A stretch of DNA of 64,000 nt from Squalus acanthias. Its lineage: Eukaryota. Below are positions 26,462 to 39,900 of this stretch, piece after piece. The DNA is taken from assembly GCA_030390025.1 (NCBI GenBank), contig CM059437.1, forward strand, positions 15,438,001 through 15,502,000, read 5' to 3'. The translations under genes were made by a program, and so were the position numbers. The notes under the pieces are model-generated. The model worked only from the letters and a program-made list of their open reading frames with translations. It did not search any database and was not told the origin of the DNA. Each line of letters begins with the position of its first letter. Position 1 is the first letter of the stretch.

Positions 26462-28854
26462 GGCCCCCATCTTATCTTACGGGCGTGTTCGGTGCGGCGG
26501 TGGGGGCTACAGTTAGGATCATGGAAAACGGAAGTACGGGTTTCCCGAACGTCCGTAGTTTTTAACTGCAGGATGTCTTTTCGTTTTTTTCTGTAGGTTT
26601 CCCACCCGACGGTCAACCTGATTGGTTGGGCGGAAAAGCCTGCAGCACAAGGCCGCAGGTGTGCTGAGAGCAGATAGGCCTCGTACGGGGGTGCGAGACA
26701 TTGCGGGGGTGGGTGGTGGTTGGGATGTCCGATCGCTGCAGGGTGGTCCGATCGCGGCAGGGTAGGGGGAGATGGTGGTCGGGGGTTCCGATCGCGGGGA
26801 AGGGGGGAGCAGACAGATCATGGCGGGGAGGGTACAGAGGTAAACTTGTTGGGCCTGGAGGAAACACTCCTGCTCTTCCTGACCCACAAGCAGTGCAAAA
26901 AAGACATTTACCTTATGGATCCGACCCTTCTCACCTCCTTTTACCTGCAGGGTTTCCCCAGGCCAGGGAAACCCGGCCGACTGTGCCTAAAAATATAGGG
27001 GGGAAATTTTTCATGGGGGTCAACGGGCATGTTTGGTGGTGGGATGGGTGGGAAAAAAAATGTTGATAGCGGATAGGGAACCCGCTGTCAACCTGCCGCT
27101 ATGCTAGTTTTACAGATGTCGGGTCTGTCATCGCTGAACAGACCCGATATCAAGCGATGGGGGAGGCAATTTAGATGATTAAGAGCTTGTTAACTATTTT
27201 AACTATTTTAAGCTCACCTTTAAATTTTATGAGTTCGCCCACTGGTTCCCCGCTGCTCGGGGATCATGTCAGGTAAGCAGATCGGGTGTTGTGTCACCAT
27301 GGGATCAATTGTATCCAGTGTCACCTCATTGGAACAAACTTTCTCACCATTGACAGATCACCTCTGTCATCTCAACTTCACCTGCCATCTATTCCATCAG
27401 CATTGTGCACTTGAAACTATATCAACTTGGTCCTCAGAATCCCACCACGATCAGCCCCAACACCAGCAGCACCAGGCACACCAGCAGCACCAACAACAAC
27501 ACCAACCTTCTCCGCAATCAACTGATGCTGCACAAGACAGAGGGCATCAGCACCCAACCACATTGCTGGCGATGAGGCCAGGGATGACCGCACCATGGCC
27601 AGATTTGCTTCACTTGACGCTGTTCACCCTGACTGCCACATGATGCGTCAGGTTGGCACCACCCCACACCAACACCATAAAGCATCCCTACAGTGCCCAA
27701 GCCATTCCTTTTACACTCATCACCATCGCGGGGGGTAACTTTATGTCTCACCATTCACTGCAACTCACTAAGCCACTTCCAAAGGTGCACACAAATCTGT
27801 CCAATAATGCAAAGTGTTGAAAATAAAGATTTCAATGTTTGACAGCAGATTAACAGAAGCTTCACATGGACATTGGCTAAAACACCCAAGTGCCTACCCT
27901 TGTGTGTTGTTACTTGGCATGATTGAACTAGGATGAGGGTGAGTGTGAGAGGTGACTAGTGAGAAGGGGAACTGATAATGTAGATAGAGAGAGATGGGTG
28001 GAGGTGCAAGGTAAGTTGGTGTGAGTAAGGATGTGCAGGAGTAGGGTAGGGAAGGCTAAGTGCTGGGGATGTATTGAGTGGCACAACAGGATGAGGTTGA
28101 GTGTGGCTTTGCAGTAATATTTCGTGATCTACTGAGATCATTGAAAGGTTTGTGCCACTGCAGCCAGGTCCTCCTGACAATATTCCTGCTTGTGCCCTCC
28201 AGTGCAATGTGCAACCAGGCTGCGTTGGTCTCCTGGGGAGGTCTCTTCCACCCATGGGAAGGGAAGAGACCTCCTTGTGTGCTGTGACTCCCTCCATAAG
28301 TATATGGAGGGAGTCATGGGAGAGCCTGGGTGCAGCCGTGCACCTCTGTGCAGTGGTTGTCAGTGTTTGCAGCACCTCAATTCTGTAGAACACTGACAGC
28401 ACAACTGTCAAAACCAATTTGCGCATGGTCCCTTTAAGGAAACCGACTGATGATGCATCATAAAGTGACGTCATCAGACCCACTTCCTTCAATTGGCCGG
28501 GAAACACGCTGGGCGGGCTTAACAAGTCCAATCAACATAAAATCACTTTGGACAGCGGGCTGGAGCCAGCAGCGAGGTCGCAACCCGCCACCGACCCCGG
28601 CCGCACCGGACCCACCGAGGTCGGGGAAATCGCAGCCATAATCACGGTTAAAATGAAGGCACGCATCCTCATTAAATATTTAAATGAGCACCCCGCCTCC
28701 TGAGAGCAGATTCGTCGCCCGCCCCTCGTCCTGCCTCCATTAAGACTGTAAATGGGCGGGTTCGAGGCGAGTTGTGTTCCCGTTTCAGATTTTTAGCTTT
28801 TTGGCCACCCACCCGAACCAAACCCACCCGTCTTTGGGGATTAAAATTACCCCC
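26462..28854. mobile_element. Harbinger-type MITE with nested element
   Basis: Halves 26462-26997 and 28638-28854 together match the 14976-15640 family; 3-bp TSD ATT at 26459-61 and 28855-57. Confidence 0.75.
26998..28637 (+). mobile_element. Internally deleted PIF/Harbinger transposon
   Basis: 3-bp TSD ATA; transposase C-terminal remnant (ARDD..MARF, ~27575-27610, +); Myb/SANT-like remnant (APRLSHDSLHILMEGV, -). Confidence 0.75.
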
Positions 28855-29007
28855 ATTGTGTTGGGAAGTTCTTTGATCTCTGTATGCCTGAACAGGGGGA
28901 GATAAAAAAGATTTAGAGGCTGGCAGACAATTTTGTTGAACCAGGAAGGCTGAACGTTGAGTCAGTCTTTTAAACAAAGAGCTTCAAAAGCTTCAGGCAG
29001 GCTCATA

Positions 29008-30250
29008 AACAACAACAACAACAATTTGCATTTATATAGCACCTTTAATGTAGTAAATGTAGTAAAACATCCCAAGGCACTTCACAGATGACCAAGCTTG
29101 GTCAAAGAGGTAAGTTTTAAGGAGCGTCTTAAAAGAGTTGAGAGAGGTAGAGATGCAGAGAGGTTTAGGGAGGGAATTCCAGAGCTTAGGGCCAAGGCAG
29201 CTGAAGGCAGAACCGCCAATGGTGGAACGAATAAAATCGGGGTGCGCAATAGGCCAGAATTCAAGAAGCGCAGAGATCTTGGAGGGTTGTAGGGCTGGAG
29301 GGGGGTTTCAGAGATAGGGAGAGGCGAGGCCATGGAGGGATTTTAAAACAAGGATGGAAATGTTAAAATTAAGGCATTGCCGGACCGGGAGCCAATGTAG
29401 GTCAGTGAGCACAGGGGTGATGGGTGAACGATGGGTGAAGAATTTTGGATAAGCTCAAATTTATGGAGGATGGAAGATGGGAGGCCGACCAGGAGAACGT
29501 TGGAAAAGTCAAGTCTAGAGGTAATAAGGGCATGGTTGAGGGTTTCAGCAGCAGATGAGCTGAGGCAGGGGCGGAGTCAGTTGATGTTACGGAGTTGGAG
29601 GTAGGCGGTCTTGGTGAGGGAATGGATATGTGGTCGGAACCTCTACTCAGGGTCAAATATGGCACCAAGGTTGCGAATGATCTGGTTCAGCCTCAGACAG
29701 TGACCAGGAAGAGGGATAGACTCAGTGGCTAGGGAATGGAGTTTGTGGCGGGGACCGAAGACAATGGCTTCGGTCTTCCCAATATTTAGTTGGAGGAAAT
29801 TTCTGCTCATCCAGTACTGGATGCCGGACAAGCAGTGAGACAGTGGAGGGGTCGGGAGAGGTGGTAGTGAGGTAGAGCTTGGTGTTGTCAGCGGACATGT
29901 GGAACCTGATGTGTTTTCGGATGATGTCGCCGAGGGGCAGCATGCAGATGATAAATAGGAGGAGGTCAAGGATAGATCCTTGGGGGACTCCAGAGGTAAC
30001 GGTATGGAAGCGAGAAGAGAAGCCATTGCAGGTGATTCTCTGGCTACAACTGGTTAGATAAGAATGAAACCAGGCAAGTGCAGTCCCACCCAGCTTGACA
30101 AGGGAGGAGAGGTGTTGGGGAGTATGGTGCGGTCAACCATGTCAAAGGCTAGAGACAGTTCGAGAAGGATGAGGAGGGATAGTTTACCACGGTGGCAGTC
30201 ACATAGGATGCCATTTGTGGCTTTGATGAGGGCCATTTCAGTACTGTCAG
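29008..30250 (-). mobile_element. L2-clade LINE, 5'-truncated
   Basis: Reverse-complement homology to 10500-11827; NFLQLNIGKTEAIVFG; (GTT)n tail. Confidence 0.9.
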
Positions 30251-30855
30251 AATAAAGTCAGAATTGCTGGAAGGACAGTTAGAAGGCAGCTTGTTTAAAT
30301 GAAAGCAGGTTACGCACTGATGTGGGGAAGCATAGCCTGTTCTTTATTTTGTGTCATTACGCAAGGATAAATTGTACTGATTGAAGTAAGTGGATCTGAT
30401 CAGAACTGTTGCTCTGAATACTCACTTATTGTGAAATAAAGCAGCTTAACGATTGGTATCAAGTGTTTACTCAGTCTGCCTCGGAGAGATTGAAGAAGTA
30501 CATTTGTGAAAGACATGAATATCAGGTTCTGGTCACAAGGAGGTAGTATTGTTTTATCCCTGGGTCCTGCTATTGCACAACTAGATATAAGGCAGTGTGA
30601 GTCAACTCCCCTCAAAGTAACCTGCACAGAATGTTTTCAAAAGCAATTGATAGCACTGAGCCTGAAGGAATGTACAGCAGACCTGAAGTTGTAATGGAGT
30701 TCTGGGGGAATGGTCCTCAAGGAAATTCTGAATTTGTACATTAAAATAGTGCATTATGGTTTATTTTAAGCATTTTATACTTCACAATTGAAAAACAATC
30801 ATGGTTGGGTTTTTAATAGACCAACCAGATCATCACTTCCCAAAACTTACCTACA

Positions 30856-31173
30856 GGAATGGTAGCGTAGTGGTTATGTTACTGACCTAGAGGCGAGTGA
30901 ACTACTGATCTGGAATATTGTAGTTCAAATCTCACCACGGCAGGCTGGGGAATTTAAATTCAGTCAATCAAATAGAAAATCTGGAATCTGTAAAAATCCA
31001 TCTGGTTCACTAATGTCCTTTATGGAAGGAAATCAGCTGTACTGGCCTATATGTGACACCAGACCCACAGCAATGTGGTTGACTCTTAACTGCCCTCTGA
31101 AATGGCCTAGCAAGCCACTCAGTTCAAGGGATGGGCAATAAATTCTGGCCTTGCCATTAACGAATAAAAAAAA
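30856..31173 (+). mobile_element. tRNA-derived SINE with the 3' tail of the CR1-group LINE
   Basis: A box TAGCGTAGTGG (30863), B box GTTCAAATC (30923), tail GGGATGGGCAATAAAT plus poly-A. Confidence 0.85.
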
Positions 31174-31179
31174 GCAGTC

Positions 31180-31810
31180 CCCACATCTACTCCCGACCCT
31201 TTCACAGAGACACACTCTCCTTCTCCAACCCTCCTAGTTCATACTGACACTCTTATACCTCTCCCTCCTCACCCCCACCCCCACGTTCAAGCTGGCATTC
31301 TACTCCATCTCCACCCCTGATCAAATTGGTCATTTCACCTCTCCCCCACCCCCTACAATCATATGCAAAGTAGCACTCTTCCTCCCCTCCAGTTCAAACT
31401 GCCACTCTTTTCTCTCTCCAGCCCCTTGAGATCATGCTAGTGGTCTTCCAACCCCCTCAGTTCAAGCTTGCACACTTCCATCCCTCCATCAGTTAACGCT
31501 GCCTCCCCACTCCCTGTCACTGGCACTCCCCCTCATCCCCACCTCAAAACACTGTTTCAGCTTCTCCCCCATTCATTTCTGAATTTCTGATCCATTTCCC
31601 TGTCCCCTTCCTTCTCCTTTTCATTGGCATCTATTTCCTGCCCTTCGTTGCTGTCCATTTCCCTCTCCCCTTTCACTGCCATGAATTCCCCCTCTCCTTT
31701 GTTTCATTCCCCTCTTCCTTCTCCCTTAATTTCCTCCTTCCCTCTCCCTTTCATTGCCATCCACATCCCCCCACCCCGCCCACCTTCCCCCTCACCTCAT
31801 TGTCACTCCT
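31180..31810. repeat. Pyrimidine-rich low-complexity tract
   Basis: C/T-rich, with degenerate cagttcaa-ctg-cactc units. Confidence 0.6.
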
Positions 31811-32637
31811 ACCTGAGTCCTGCTGCCAGTACAAGTGATTCTGGCCATTGCATTCTGTACGCAGCAATTCCTGTTCTTGTGTGAATTCCTGCCTACAGTA
31901 TACAATGACTAGAATCACTTCCTCTAGCAGCAGGATTCAGGTTGGTGCAGCACTGAGGGGAGGCTAGCCCCATCACTCTGATTTTTGTTGGCAGACTTTG
32001 ACGCACAGACCGGATCTCCAAAACACTAAACATTAGCCGTTGTCAGGTCTGCTTACAGTGCTGATTGTCATTCCTTCAATTTGCATGAAAATAGAAGATA
32101 AACTAAAACAAGTGTTATCTGTCCCCTGATGTTTGTTTAAACTGGTGTTTTTAGTTCAGTAACAATAAGCATTTACAGTTAGGTTGAACTTACAATCAAA
32201 TATACAGAGTGGCTAAAAGAAACTATACTGGCTAAAATGCAATGATCAACTCTGCAGTAATTGGGCAAGAAAATGATCAACACTCGAAATATATAAGCCA
32301 AGATTTTTTTTAAAGAGTATTTGATCATGTATGTCCTTAATTGCCCAATAACATGGAGCCTGGTTTTTAAACAAATAAGCTTCAAAGTCATTCTTAAAGG
32401 CGCTAATAAATCTGGCATTAAGCTACTTTGATGGGAATCTATTTCACATATTTACTTTTCATTGGAGAACAAATCGTTCTAATCTCTATTCTTGTTGGGA
32501 GCTTGTCAGTTTTATACTTCACCTCCTCTTCTTCTGGGAACATAGTTGAAATAAATTGGCCTGCTTTCATCCATGATATCCATGCCTTCCAGCATTGAAC
32601 GACCTGGATCCTGTCCTATGTCAACCTTCTTCTCTCC

Positions 32638-33206
32638 ATGATGCGGAGATGCCGGTGTTGGACTGGGGTGGACAAAAGTGAGAAGTCGCACAACACCAGG
32701 TTATAGTCCAACAGCTTTATTTGAAATCACAAGCTTTCGGAGCGCTGCTCCTTTGTCAGGTGAAGTGAAGAAATGCATATGGGCACAGCATATATAGTCA
32801 GAGAACAATGCCAGACGACTACAGTTAATCTTTCTAACTGCCCTTTATCACACCTCGGCAGAGAGACAATCACGGCAATCAAAGGTGTGGATGGTGTCCA
32901 AACAGGTCAGTCAGGAAAACATTACATCAAAGACAATAGCTATCGTCTTTGATGTCATGTTTTCCTGACTGACCTGTTTGGACACCATCCACACCTTTGA
33001 TTGCCGTGATTGTCTCTCTGTCGAGGTGTGATAAAGGGCAGTTAGAAAGATTAACTGTAGTCGTCTGGCATTGTTCTCTGACTATATATGCTGTGCCCAT
33101 ATGCATTTCTTCACTTCACCTGACGAAGGAGCAGCCGCTCCGAAAGCTTGTGATTTCAAATAAAGCTGTTGGACTATAACCTGGTGTTGTGCGACTTCTC
33201 ACTTTT
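32638..33206. mobile_element. Fold-back (palindromic) Penelope-like insertion, family 1
   Basis: Arms 32674-32939 / 32940-33206 are near-perfect inverted repeats; extra tail 32638-32673; flanking ttcttctctc duplicated. Confidence 0.9.
33116..33153 (+). ncRNA. Minimal hammerhead ribozyme motif
   Basis: tcac-CTGACGA-a-ggagc/gctcc-GAAA-gctt-gtga; the mirror copy at 32727-32763 (-) has a mutated core, CTGACAA. Confidence 0.8.
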
Positions 33207-34077
33207 CTTCTCTCTAGTTCAAGCTGGCTCCAACCCCCTTGGATCATGTTAGCGCTCTTACAAGATCAATTTTGTTAGCATATCCTGGTAGGTCAACATT
33301 TTTAAACTTCCAGTTTCATTCTACGAACCTCCTCTCTGAATTTTCTTTCAACGCGTCGATGTGGTTTTTGACCACAAGGTACGTGAAAATACATAGAGGT
33401 ATTTCGAACGTGACCTTTCTGGGAATCGTCGGTTGAATTGATTAAAAGGAAATTACCTCATTGAATGGCTTAAATAAATTGAGCAAGTGAAGCTTGAATG
33501 CTTTATTATCATGTAAACCCTGAAGTGAGATTATTTCCGCTGTGATCACTCCCACTCCCATACACAGAGATGGCAGTATTGTATTATTGACAACTATCGT
33601 AAGTTACAGGAAAATATCACTGCTCTCTATATTGCACAAAAATAGCCGTCACATTGCAGTAACACTGCTCTTATCTCTGTTTGCTTGCTCCAAGTCTCAC
33701 ATCAACTTTTCTTGTTATGACTTTGAGAGCTAAAGAAGAAAAACTCAAAAGGAGGAGGAGGCAGTAGTAATCTCCCAATAGATTATAGATTATTGCCCGC
33801 GGTTGATTTACCTGGACGTTACTAAAGTGCATTTCCTGAGAAAATGTTAGCTCAGCAGGCAAGTCCTGGTTGACTTTTGTGAAGAACTGCAGAGTGATCT
33901 AGAATTTGGATCTGCTTGGCCAGTAGCTGAAACAAACTTCTGTTATGCACCTACAAGTTGGTCAGTGTCGCATTGTGTTATGCAGGTCACAACAGGCGCG
34001 TTCAAGAGTGCACCTCGTTATATATAATCCCTTAGAATTCGTGACCAGCAGCTTGAGCCTTAGGTTGCATTTACACC

Positions 34078-34212
34078 ACTGCTGCCAATCGAGTGTTCTA
34101 CATTACAACAGTGACCACACTTCAAAAGTACTTCATTGGCTGTAAAGCGCTTTGTGACATCCTGAGGCTGTGAAAGGTGCTGGCTGCATAAATGCAAGTC
34201 TTTCTTTCTTTC
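34078..34212 (+). mobile_element. Deu-SINE 3' fragment
   Basis: Matches 36830-36950. Confidence 0.75.
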
Positions 34213-35099
34213 AGGTGCATACACTCCTGCATATACTGTTTGTGGCTCCTGCCTGGTTGATGTTTTAAGTGCCTTTGTTTGAGAACGTGCTCTGCGCATG
34301 CCTGGGTGAATAGATGCACATCATTGTCTCCCAATAAAAAGAAATGTTTAGACAGTGTGGAGGGGGTAATGAGGTCGATTTTGACTTTTGGGTGACCAAT
34401 CGGTGGAGCACGCTAGTCGGCCGTTCCTGTTCAGAAGGTGAAAAAGCCCCAGCCATTTTGAGGCCCCGGCCTGATTTAAATTTTGCAGGCGATTTGCGGG
34501 ACACAGGCATCACCTCCGAGGATTCTTACCCTGCATTGCTTGGGAGTCATGTCACATTGACACTAAACTGGTAGTGTAACTGCACCCTTAGTAACAATGT
34601 TTGTAACGAGTTGTTGAAATTTCAGGGATCTCGGATGTTGTTGACTACACACACGTTGTATATGTAGCTCCCCAGAATGGCATAGGAAAGGTTTAATTGC
34701 ATGAATAGAGTGTGAAGTAAAAAAAAACATATTGATGCAAATTACCCTGCAGACATGCATTACTTCATAACGCTGCCTCTTTCTCCTCTATGTCTCACAA
34801 GTCTAGGGCAGACAAAACATTTGAGGGTTGGCTTTTGAGCGGCAGTGGAACAGATTTTCATCTACGGGTCTCAGTCTGTAATAAATGGTTAAGAACTGGT
34901 GTCAGTTGCGTGTGAGTGAAACTTAACGGAATGGAACCAGTTAAAGGAGACTGTCACTGTTACATTTTTAGGTGTTTCTACCCTCCTTTACTCCTCTTTC
35001 ATATTTCAGATTGCCCTCTTAGGAGATTCCCAGCTTCCCAGACTTTAAAAGCGTTAGCCTTAACTGAATAGTAACATGCTCAAGGTAGCGAACAAAAAA

Positions 35100-35700
35100 C
35101 CTACACTGGGGAAGCCAAAGGCAGATTGGGTGATCGCTTTGCTGAACACTTCCGTTCAGTCCGCAAGCGTGACCCTGAGCTTCCAGCCGCTTGCCATTTT
35201 ATTTCTCCGTCACACTCCCACTCTGACCTCTCTGTCCTCGGCCTCATACACTGTTCCAACGAAGCTCAACGGAAGCTTCGATTAAACACTTTACAACCTT
35301 CCGGACTCAACATTGAGTTGAAATTTTTCAGATTATAACCTCTGCTCCCATTTTTTCAGACATCAAGTGCTGGTAATGGTTCTGCTGTTGCCATTGACAG
35401 CTCATCTAGAGTCTAGACCCATCTTTTGTTTCTTTACTGGTCCCAGAACCACCCCCTTTTCGCCTTGCATCATCCTCCCTTTTGTCATTTAAACACTCCT
35501 GCCTTCCGCCCTATCACAGGCCTTCCCTTTTGTTCTTTCCTTCTAACCCTCTCTCTCTGCCTCTGTACCTGCTTAAAAACTGGTACATCCCTAACCATTT
35601 CCAGTTCTGACGAAGGATCATCGACCTGAAACATTAACCTGTTTCTCTCGCCACAGATGCTGCCTGACCAGCTGAGTATCTCCAGCAGTGCAGAAAACCT
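35100..35700 (+). mobile_element. Penelope-like element family 2, 3' fragment (GIY-YIG + pLTR)
   Basis: LGDRFAEHFRSVRKRDPELPAACHF...LQPSGLNIE; hammerhead motif at 35603-35638; end gatgctgcctgaccagctgagtatctccagca. Confidence 0.85.
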
Positions 35701-35939
35701 TTGTCTGTCAATTATTTTGAATCTACTGGAATTATTCTTGTGTCTCCACAAGCTCTCTCTCCAGTCTTCAAAAGGCAACAGGGCAGCCAATCAGACCTTG
35801 TTCTCATTTTAAAATACTAAACAAATATGCAACACCAACTTATTTGTAGTATGATGTGGAGATGCCGGTGTTGGACTGGGGTGGACAAATGTGAGAAGTC
35901 ACACAACATCAGGTTATAGTCCAACAGCTTTATTTGAAA

Positions 35940-35976
35940 TCACAAGCTTTCGGAGCGCTGCTCCTTCGTCAGGTGA
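35940..35976 (-). ncRNA. Minimal hammerhead ribozyme motif
   Basis: Exact reverse complement of 36129-36165; core intact. Confidence 0.8.
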
Positions 35977-36128
35977 AGTGAAGAGATGCATTTTGGCACA
36001 GCATATATAGTCAGAGAACACTGCCAGATGATTACAGTTAATCTTTCCAACTGCCCTTTATCACACCTCGGCAGAGAGATAATCACGGCAATGACTATAT
36101 ATGCTGTGCCGAAATGCATCTCTTCACT

Positions 36129-36165
36129 TCACCTGACGAAGGAGCAGCGCTCCGAAAGCTTGTGA
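36129..36165 (+). ncRNA. Minimal hammerhead ribozyme motif
   Basis: tcac-CTGACGA-a-ggagc-agc-gctcc-GAAA-gctt-gtga. Confidence 0.8.
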
Positions 36166-36626
36166 TTTCAAATAAAGCTGTTGGACTATAACCTGGTGTT
36201 GTGCGACTTCTCACATTTATTTGTAGTAGAAATCCTAAAGTTGCTAATCTGATTTGTAGCTAAATTGAACAACTCTTATATGAACATGTTCCCTCCTCCA
36301 TGACTCCTTCGGAGCTGTGGGCACCAGCTCGTGTCTTTAAGATCTCAGTTTGTTCAGTTCGACACACTCAGAGGATGATTACCCGTTTGATTCTTTTAAT
36401 AGCTTCTGACCTGCTTGCTTTAAATTCATAACTGCCAGCCGTGTTCAAAGAAAGTGCGCTCACGTTCCTGAACCAATCACAAAGTCTGTATGCATTTGAA
36501 TGTTAAACTCTCTTTCAGTGCTGTAGAGGTTCCGGGGACAGATTCCTCCTCCCGCTGCACGGCTGATTGAGTAGGAGCTTGCTGCTCCTAAAGTCTGATG
36601 GCAATGATGATGATATTTGGATTTTC

Positions 36627-36955
36627 GTCTTTCGGATGAGACGTTAAACCGAGGCCCCGTCTGGTCTCTCAGGCGGACGTAAAAGATCCACGGCACTATT
36701 TCGAAGAAGAGCAGGGGAGTTATCCCTGGCCTCCTGGCCAATATTTATCCCAATCAACATCACTAAAAAAAAAACAGATTATCTGGTCATTGTCACATTG
36801 CTGTTGGTGGGAGCTTGCTGTGCGCAAATTGGCAGCCGCGTTTCCTACATTACAACAGTGACTACACTTCAAAAAAGTACTTCATTGGCTGTAAAGCGCT
36901 TTGGGATGTCCTAAGGTCATGAAAGGCGCTATAGAAAGGCATAGCTTTCTTTTAT
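36627..36955 (+). mobile_element. Deu-domain SINE, 5'-truncated
   Basis: GTCTTTCGGATGAGACGTTAAACCGAGGCCCCGTCTG...; L2-type tail. Confidence 0.82.
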
Positions 36956-39900
36956 TGAGGTCATTAAAGCTATTTCGGCCCTGTGTGGCTATTCTTGGGG
37001 TGATGGAGGTTGTACTGACTGCCTGCTCCAAACTCCATCCAGACAGCTTGTCCAACTCTTTAACAGAGCTTCCTATCCTCAATGCCCAGGTGACAGTCCC
37101 TCCCTGTCCTGACTTCTGCCAGCACAGCCTCCGCAGATGCCCCAGTTGCTGGTGCCATGCCCAAAAACTGCTGCCTCCTCGGCCATTTTGCAGTGTCTGG
37201 TGCTGTAAACGCAAGGTACCCCTTTAGCTGGCTGATGCCTTTTAAAGGCTGCCTCGGAAATGCATTTCCCTCCCTTTCAGAGATGGTAAGCCAAACTGCC
37301 CAGCGTGGCTAATGAGGGTTCTGGCAGGAAATAGTGGTGGGTTAGCGATGGTTTCATGTTGATGGGCATTAGAACCAGCAGCCTGTCAACATGAGGAGAA
37401 TCCAGGCCCCATCTCCTAAAAGATAACCTGTCATTTGGTTAATGCTATAACAATACTCTCTGGGGTTCTGACACAGAATAAAACATTTCAGAGCTTCCAT
37501 TACAAAAGCACTTGGAGTCCATCTTCCATTTAAGGGTACCATTACATTGAAAATGATGCATATGCAATTTATACACATCTCATGGGACAGAAATTGTATT
37601 GTTGGCATAATTTGTTCCATACCTGCTTGTACAGTAGTGCACAATGTTGCTGTTTATTATCCATCTGGGTGAGGGCAATCTGGAAAACATCCTGAATGGC
37701 TGCTATTTCAGTACAGAGAGTTTCCTGAATTTCCACTATGCCAATCTATGTTGTTGTATACATCTCTGCTTCAGCAACCTGCATATTTCAGCCGCATCTG
37801 TGTTCCCTTGCTCCTACAGCTTAAGGAGTTCTTCGAGAGTGCTTGATGTCCTAATGCCTTTGGTGTTAACTTACTTAACTTTTTCTGTAGAGCTTCTTGG
37901 GACAGGTTCCTCCTCCCACTGCATGGTTGGTTAAGTAGGAGCTATGTTCTGTGAGATAATCCAACTTCAAAGTAAAGATTCCTCATGCCCTGTCAATAGT
38001 GTTGGTATTCGTATGGGCGACTGCACTCGAAGCTACAGATGGATTCCTTATCTGTAACTGTGCTTTTATTCCAGGGCTTACTTCCTTTCAACTGATATCA
38101 CATCTAAACAGTGTTGAAGTACTCATTCATGCTGTACCATGTAAAATATGACATGCTGTGACTGGGCTGCTTCTGAAGAACCATCCAGCATAACAGTTAT
38201 TCAGGCCTTCGCACGTGAAGCACTTATTTTGGATCCAAAACTAGAATCACGTCACCTTAAAACTAAAAGTTCCACCACTCCCTTTGTAAGCAGTGGTTTC
38301 CTGAATTGCTTTCAGACTATTTTCACGGTTTTGGAAGCAGTGCTAATTTATTTATTTTAATTTTAATTTTTAACTACATGACCTTTCACAACAGCTTGAA
38401 TCTAATAAAAGTATCAAAAAGATGACACTTCAGAATTAAACTATTTGTTATGTCTTGTAATCCCTTTAGGTAAGTGTTCTGCAAATAAGTCACAGAACAT
38501 CTTTGCAGTCTGGCAGTGAGACGGAAATCTTATACAGAAGACCATACCATTACTCTGTCAGTAGAATCTGATGCTGGAATTGCAACAGGACAGTGACTTG
38601 AACAATTTCAGTTGCAGACTTGGAGGAGCCAATTTCCCTGCCTTAGCTCCTTGTGCTTGCCAATTCCCAATGCGCTAGGAACATGAAATAGGAACAGAGA
38701 CCCATAACTCTGGGCCTCTGCCCCTTTTGCATATGATACAATTTTCTGGTGGGTGGGAGCGGGCGGTGTAGCTAGAGGAAGATGAGGCAGAAGTGTTATT
38801 CTGCATTTTTATGCACCCTTCCTGCAAGTTAAATGAATGGTTTATAGAACAGGGCATCCAGGGTTGCTAGGCCATAAGCAGTACAGGCAAGAAGATTTAA
38901 AGAGCCATAAATAAGATTCTTGCAGCTGTTTTTGAAGCCACTTCTGGCTTGATTTTCATCATTTTTTTTTTTGCTCCATGCACTTTGGTTCTCATGAGTT
39001 TTTGCGCCAATTGTTTTTTGTTTGCCTGCAGCACAATCACTGGCATCAATGGGTTCCTCAGTGGGATACCCGCCCCATCTGAAGTGCTGGGAAGAAGACG
39101 AGGAGGACCACTGAAGGAATGCTAGGCAGGTTGGGCTGTATGAGAGATGACTTGTGCCCATCCATTGGTACTTGGACATCTGCATAGAGTGGTGGCCGGA
39201 CCTCACTTGGGCACGCAATCATTGCATGTGGAAACACTAACTTTGAAGGTCGGCTATGACAGCAGGTCCGATTGTGAAGGCCTGACTAACTGTTGTGCTA
39301 GGTGGTTCTTCAAAGGCACCCCAATCACTGCATGGCGTATTTTACATAGTACTGCATCAAGAAGGCATCATCAGCCAACAAAGCTAGATTGCCCGCATCT
39401 TACAAGATCCTACCAAGCCTATTTGAAGACCTTGTCACAGCTAATGGACAATGAATGTGGAGATTAGGCCGTGGGTAAGTGTCTTCACAGAACCTGGGTC
39501 AACAGAGAGCCAGATGCAGAACTGTGCCATGGGCTGTAAAGGACACTCGCTGCCAACACCCGCCATAGGGCTGGCACAGTCAGTGACAGAACCAGTTAGC
39601 TGTGACCCAACCTGCACATGGGCCTTCTTTTCTCTTAGTTTTTGTTTGTCACTTCTTAATCCCCGACCCCACCAGCAAGGGCAAAGGCTCCTAATGGATT
39701 GGGATGCCTTTTGAACCTTTCTCAAGGCTTTCATAATTTTTGTTCCTCCCCCTTCGCCACTCTTTACCACTCTCAGCTTCTTACACTTTCTCCAGTCTGC
39801 ACCTAATTGGTAATTAATGTGCAAATGCAGTAACTTCTTGACACTCATGGGGAGCTTGAGGGTGAGCTGCCGTTTTTGCGAGGCTAATGGCGGAGCGGCA

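Larger units (their letters stand above)
35851..36218. mobile_element. Fold-back Penelope-like insertion, family 1, with spacer
   Basis: Arms 35887-36013 / 36092-36218; tail 35851-35886; TSD ttatttgtagta (35840-35851 / 36217-36228). Confidence 0.9.

Noticed and set aside
30856-30940. tRNA gene
   Set aside because: A/B boxes lead into a SINE body and LINE tail; no convincing cloverleaf
32674-33206. Palindromes as fold-back read or assembly artefacts
   Set aside because: Arms differ at several positions, have asymmetric tails and distinct TSDs; an artefact is unlikely but not excluded without reads
38450-38478. Recursive splice-site motif (tccctttAG|GTAAGT); similar motifs at ~47715 (+) and ~30850 (-)
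   Set aside because: No defined host transcript or strand; such motifs are expected by chance in 64 kb
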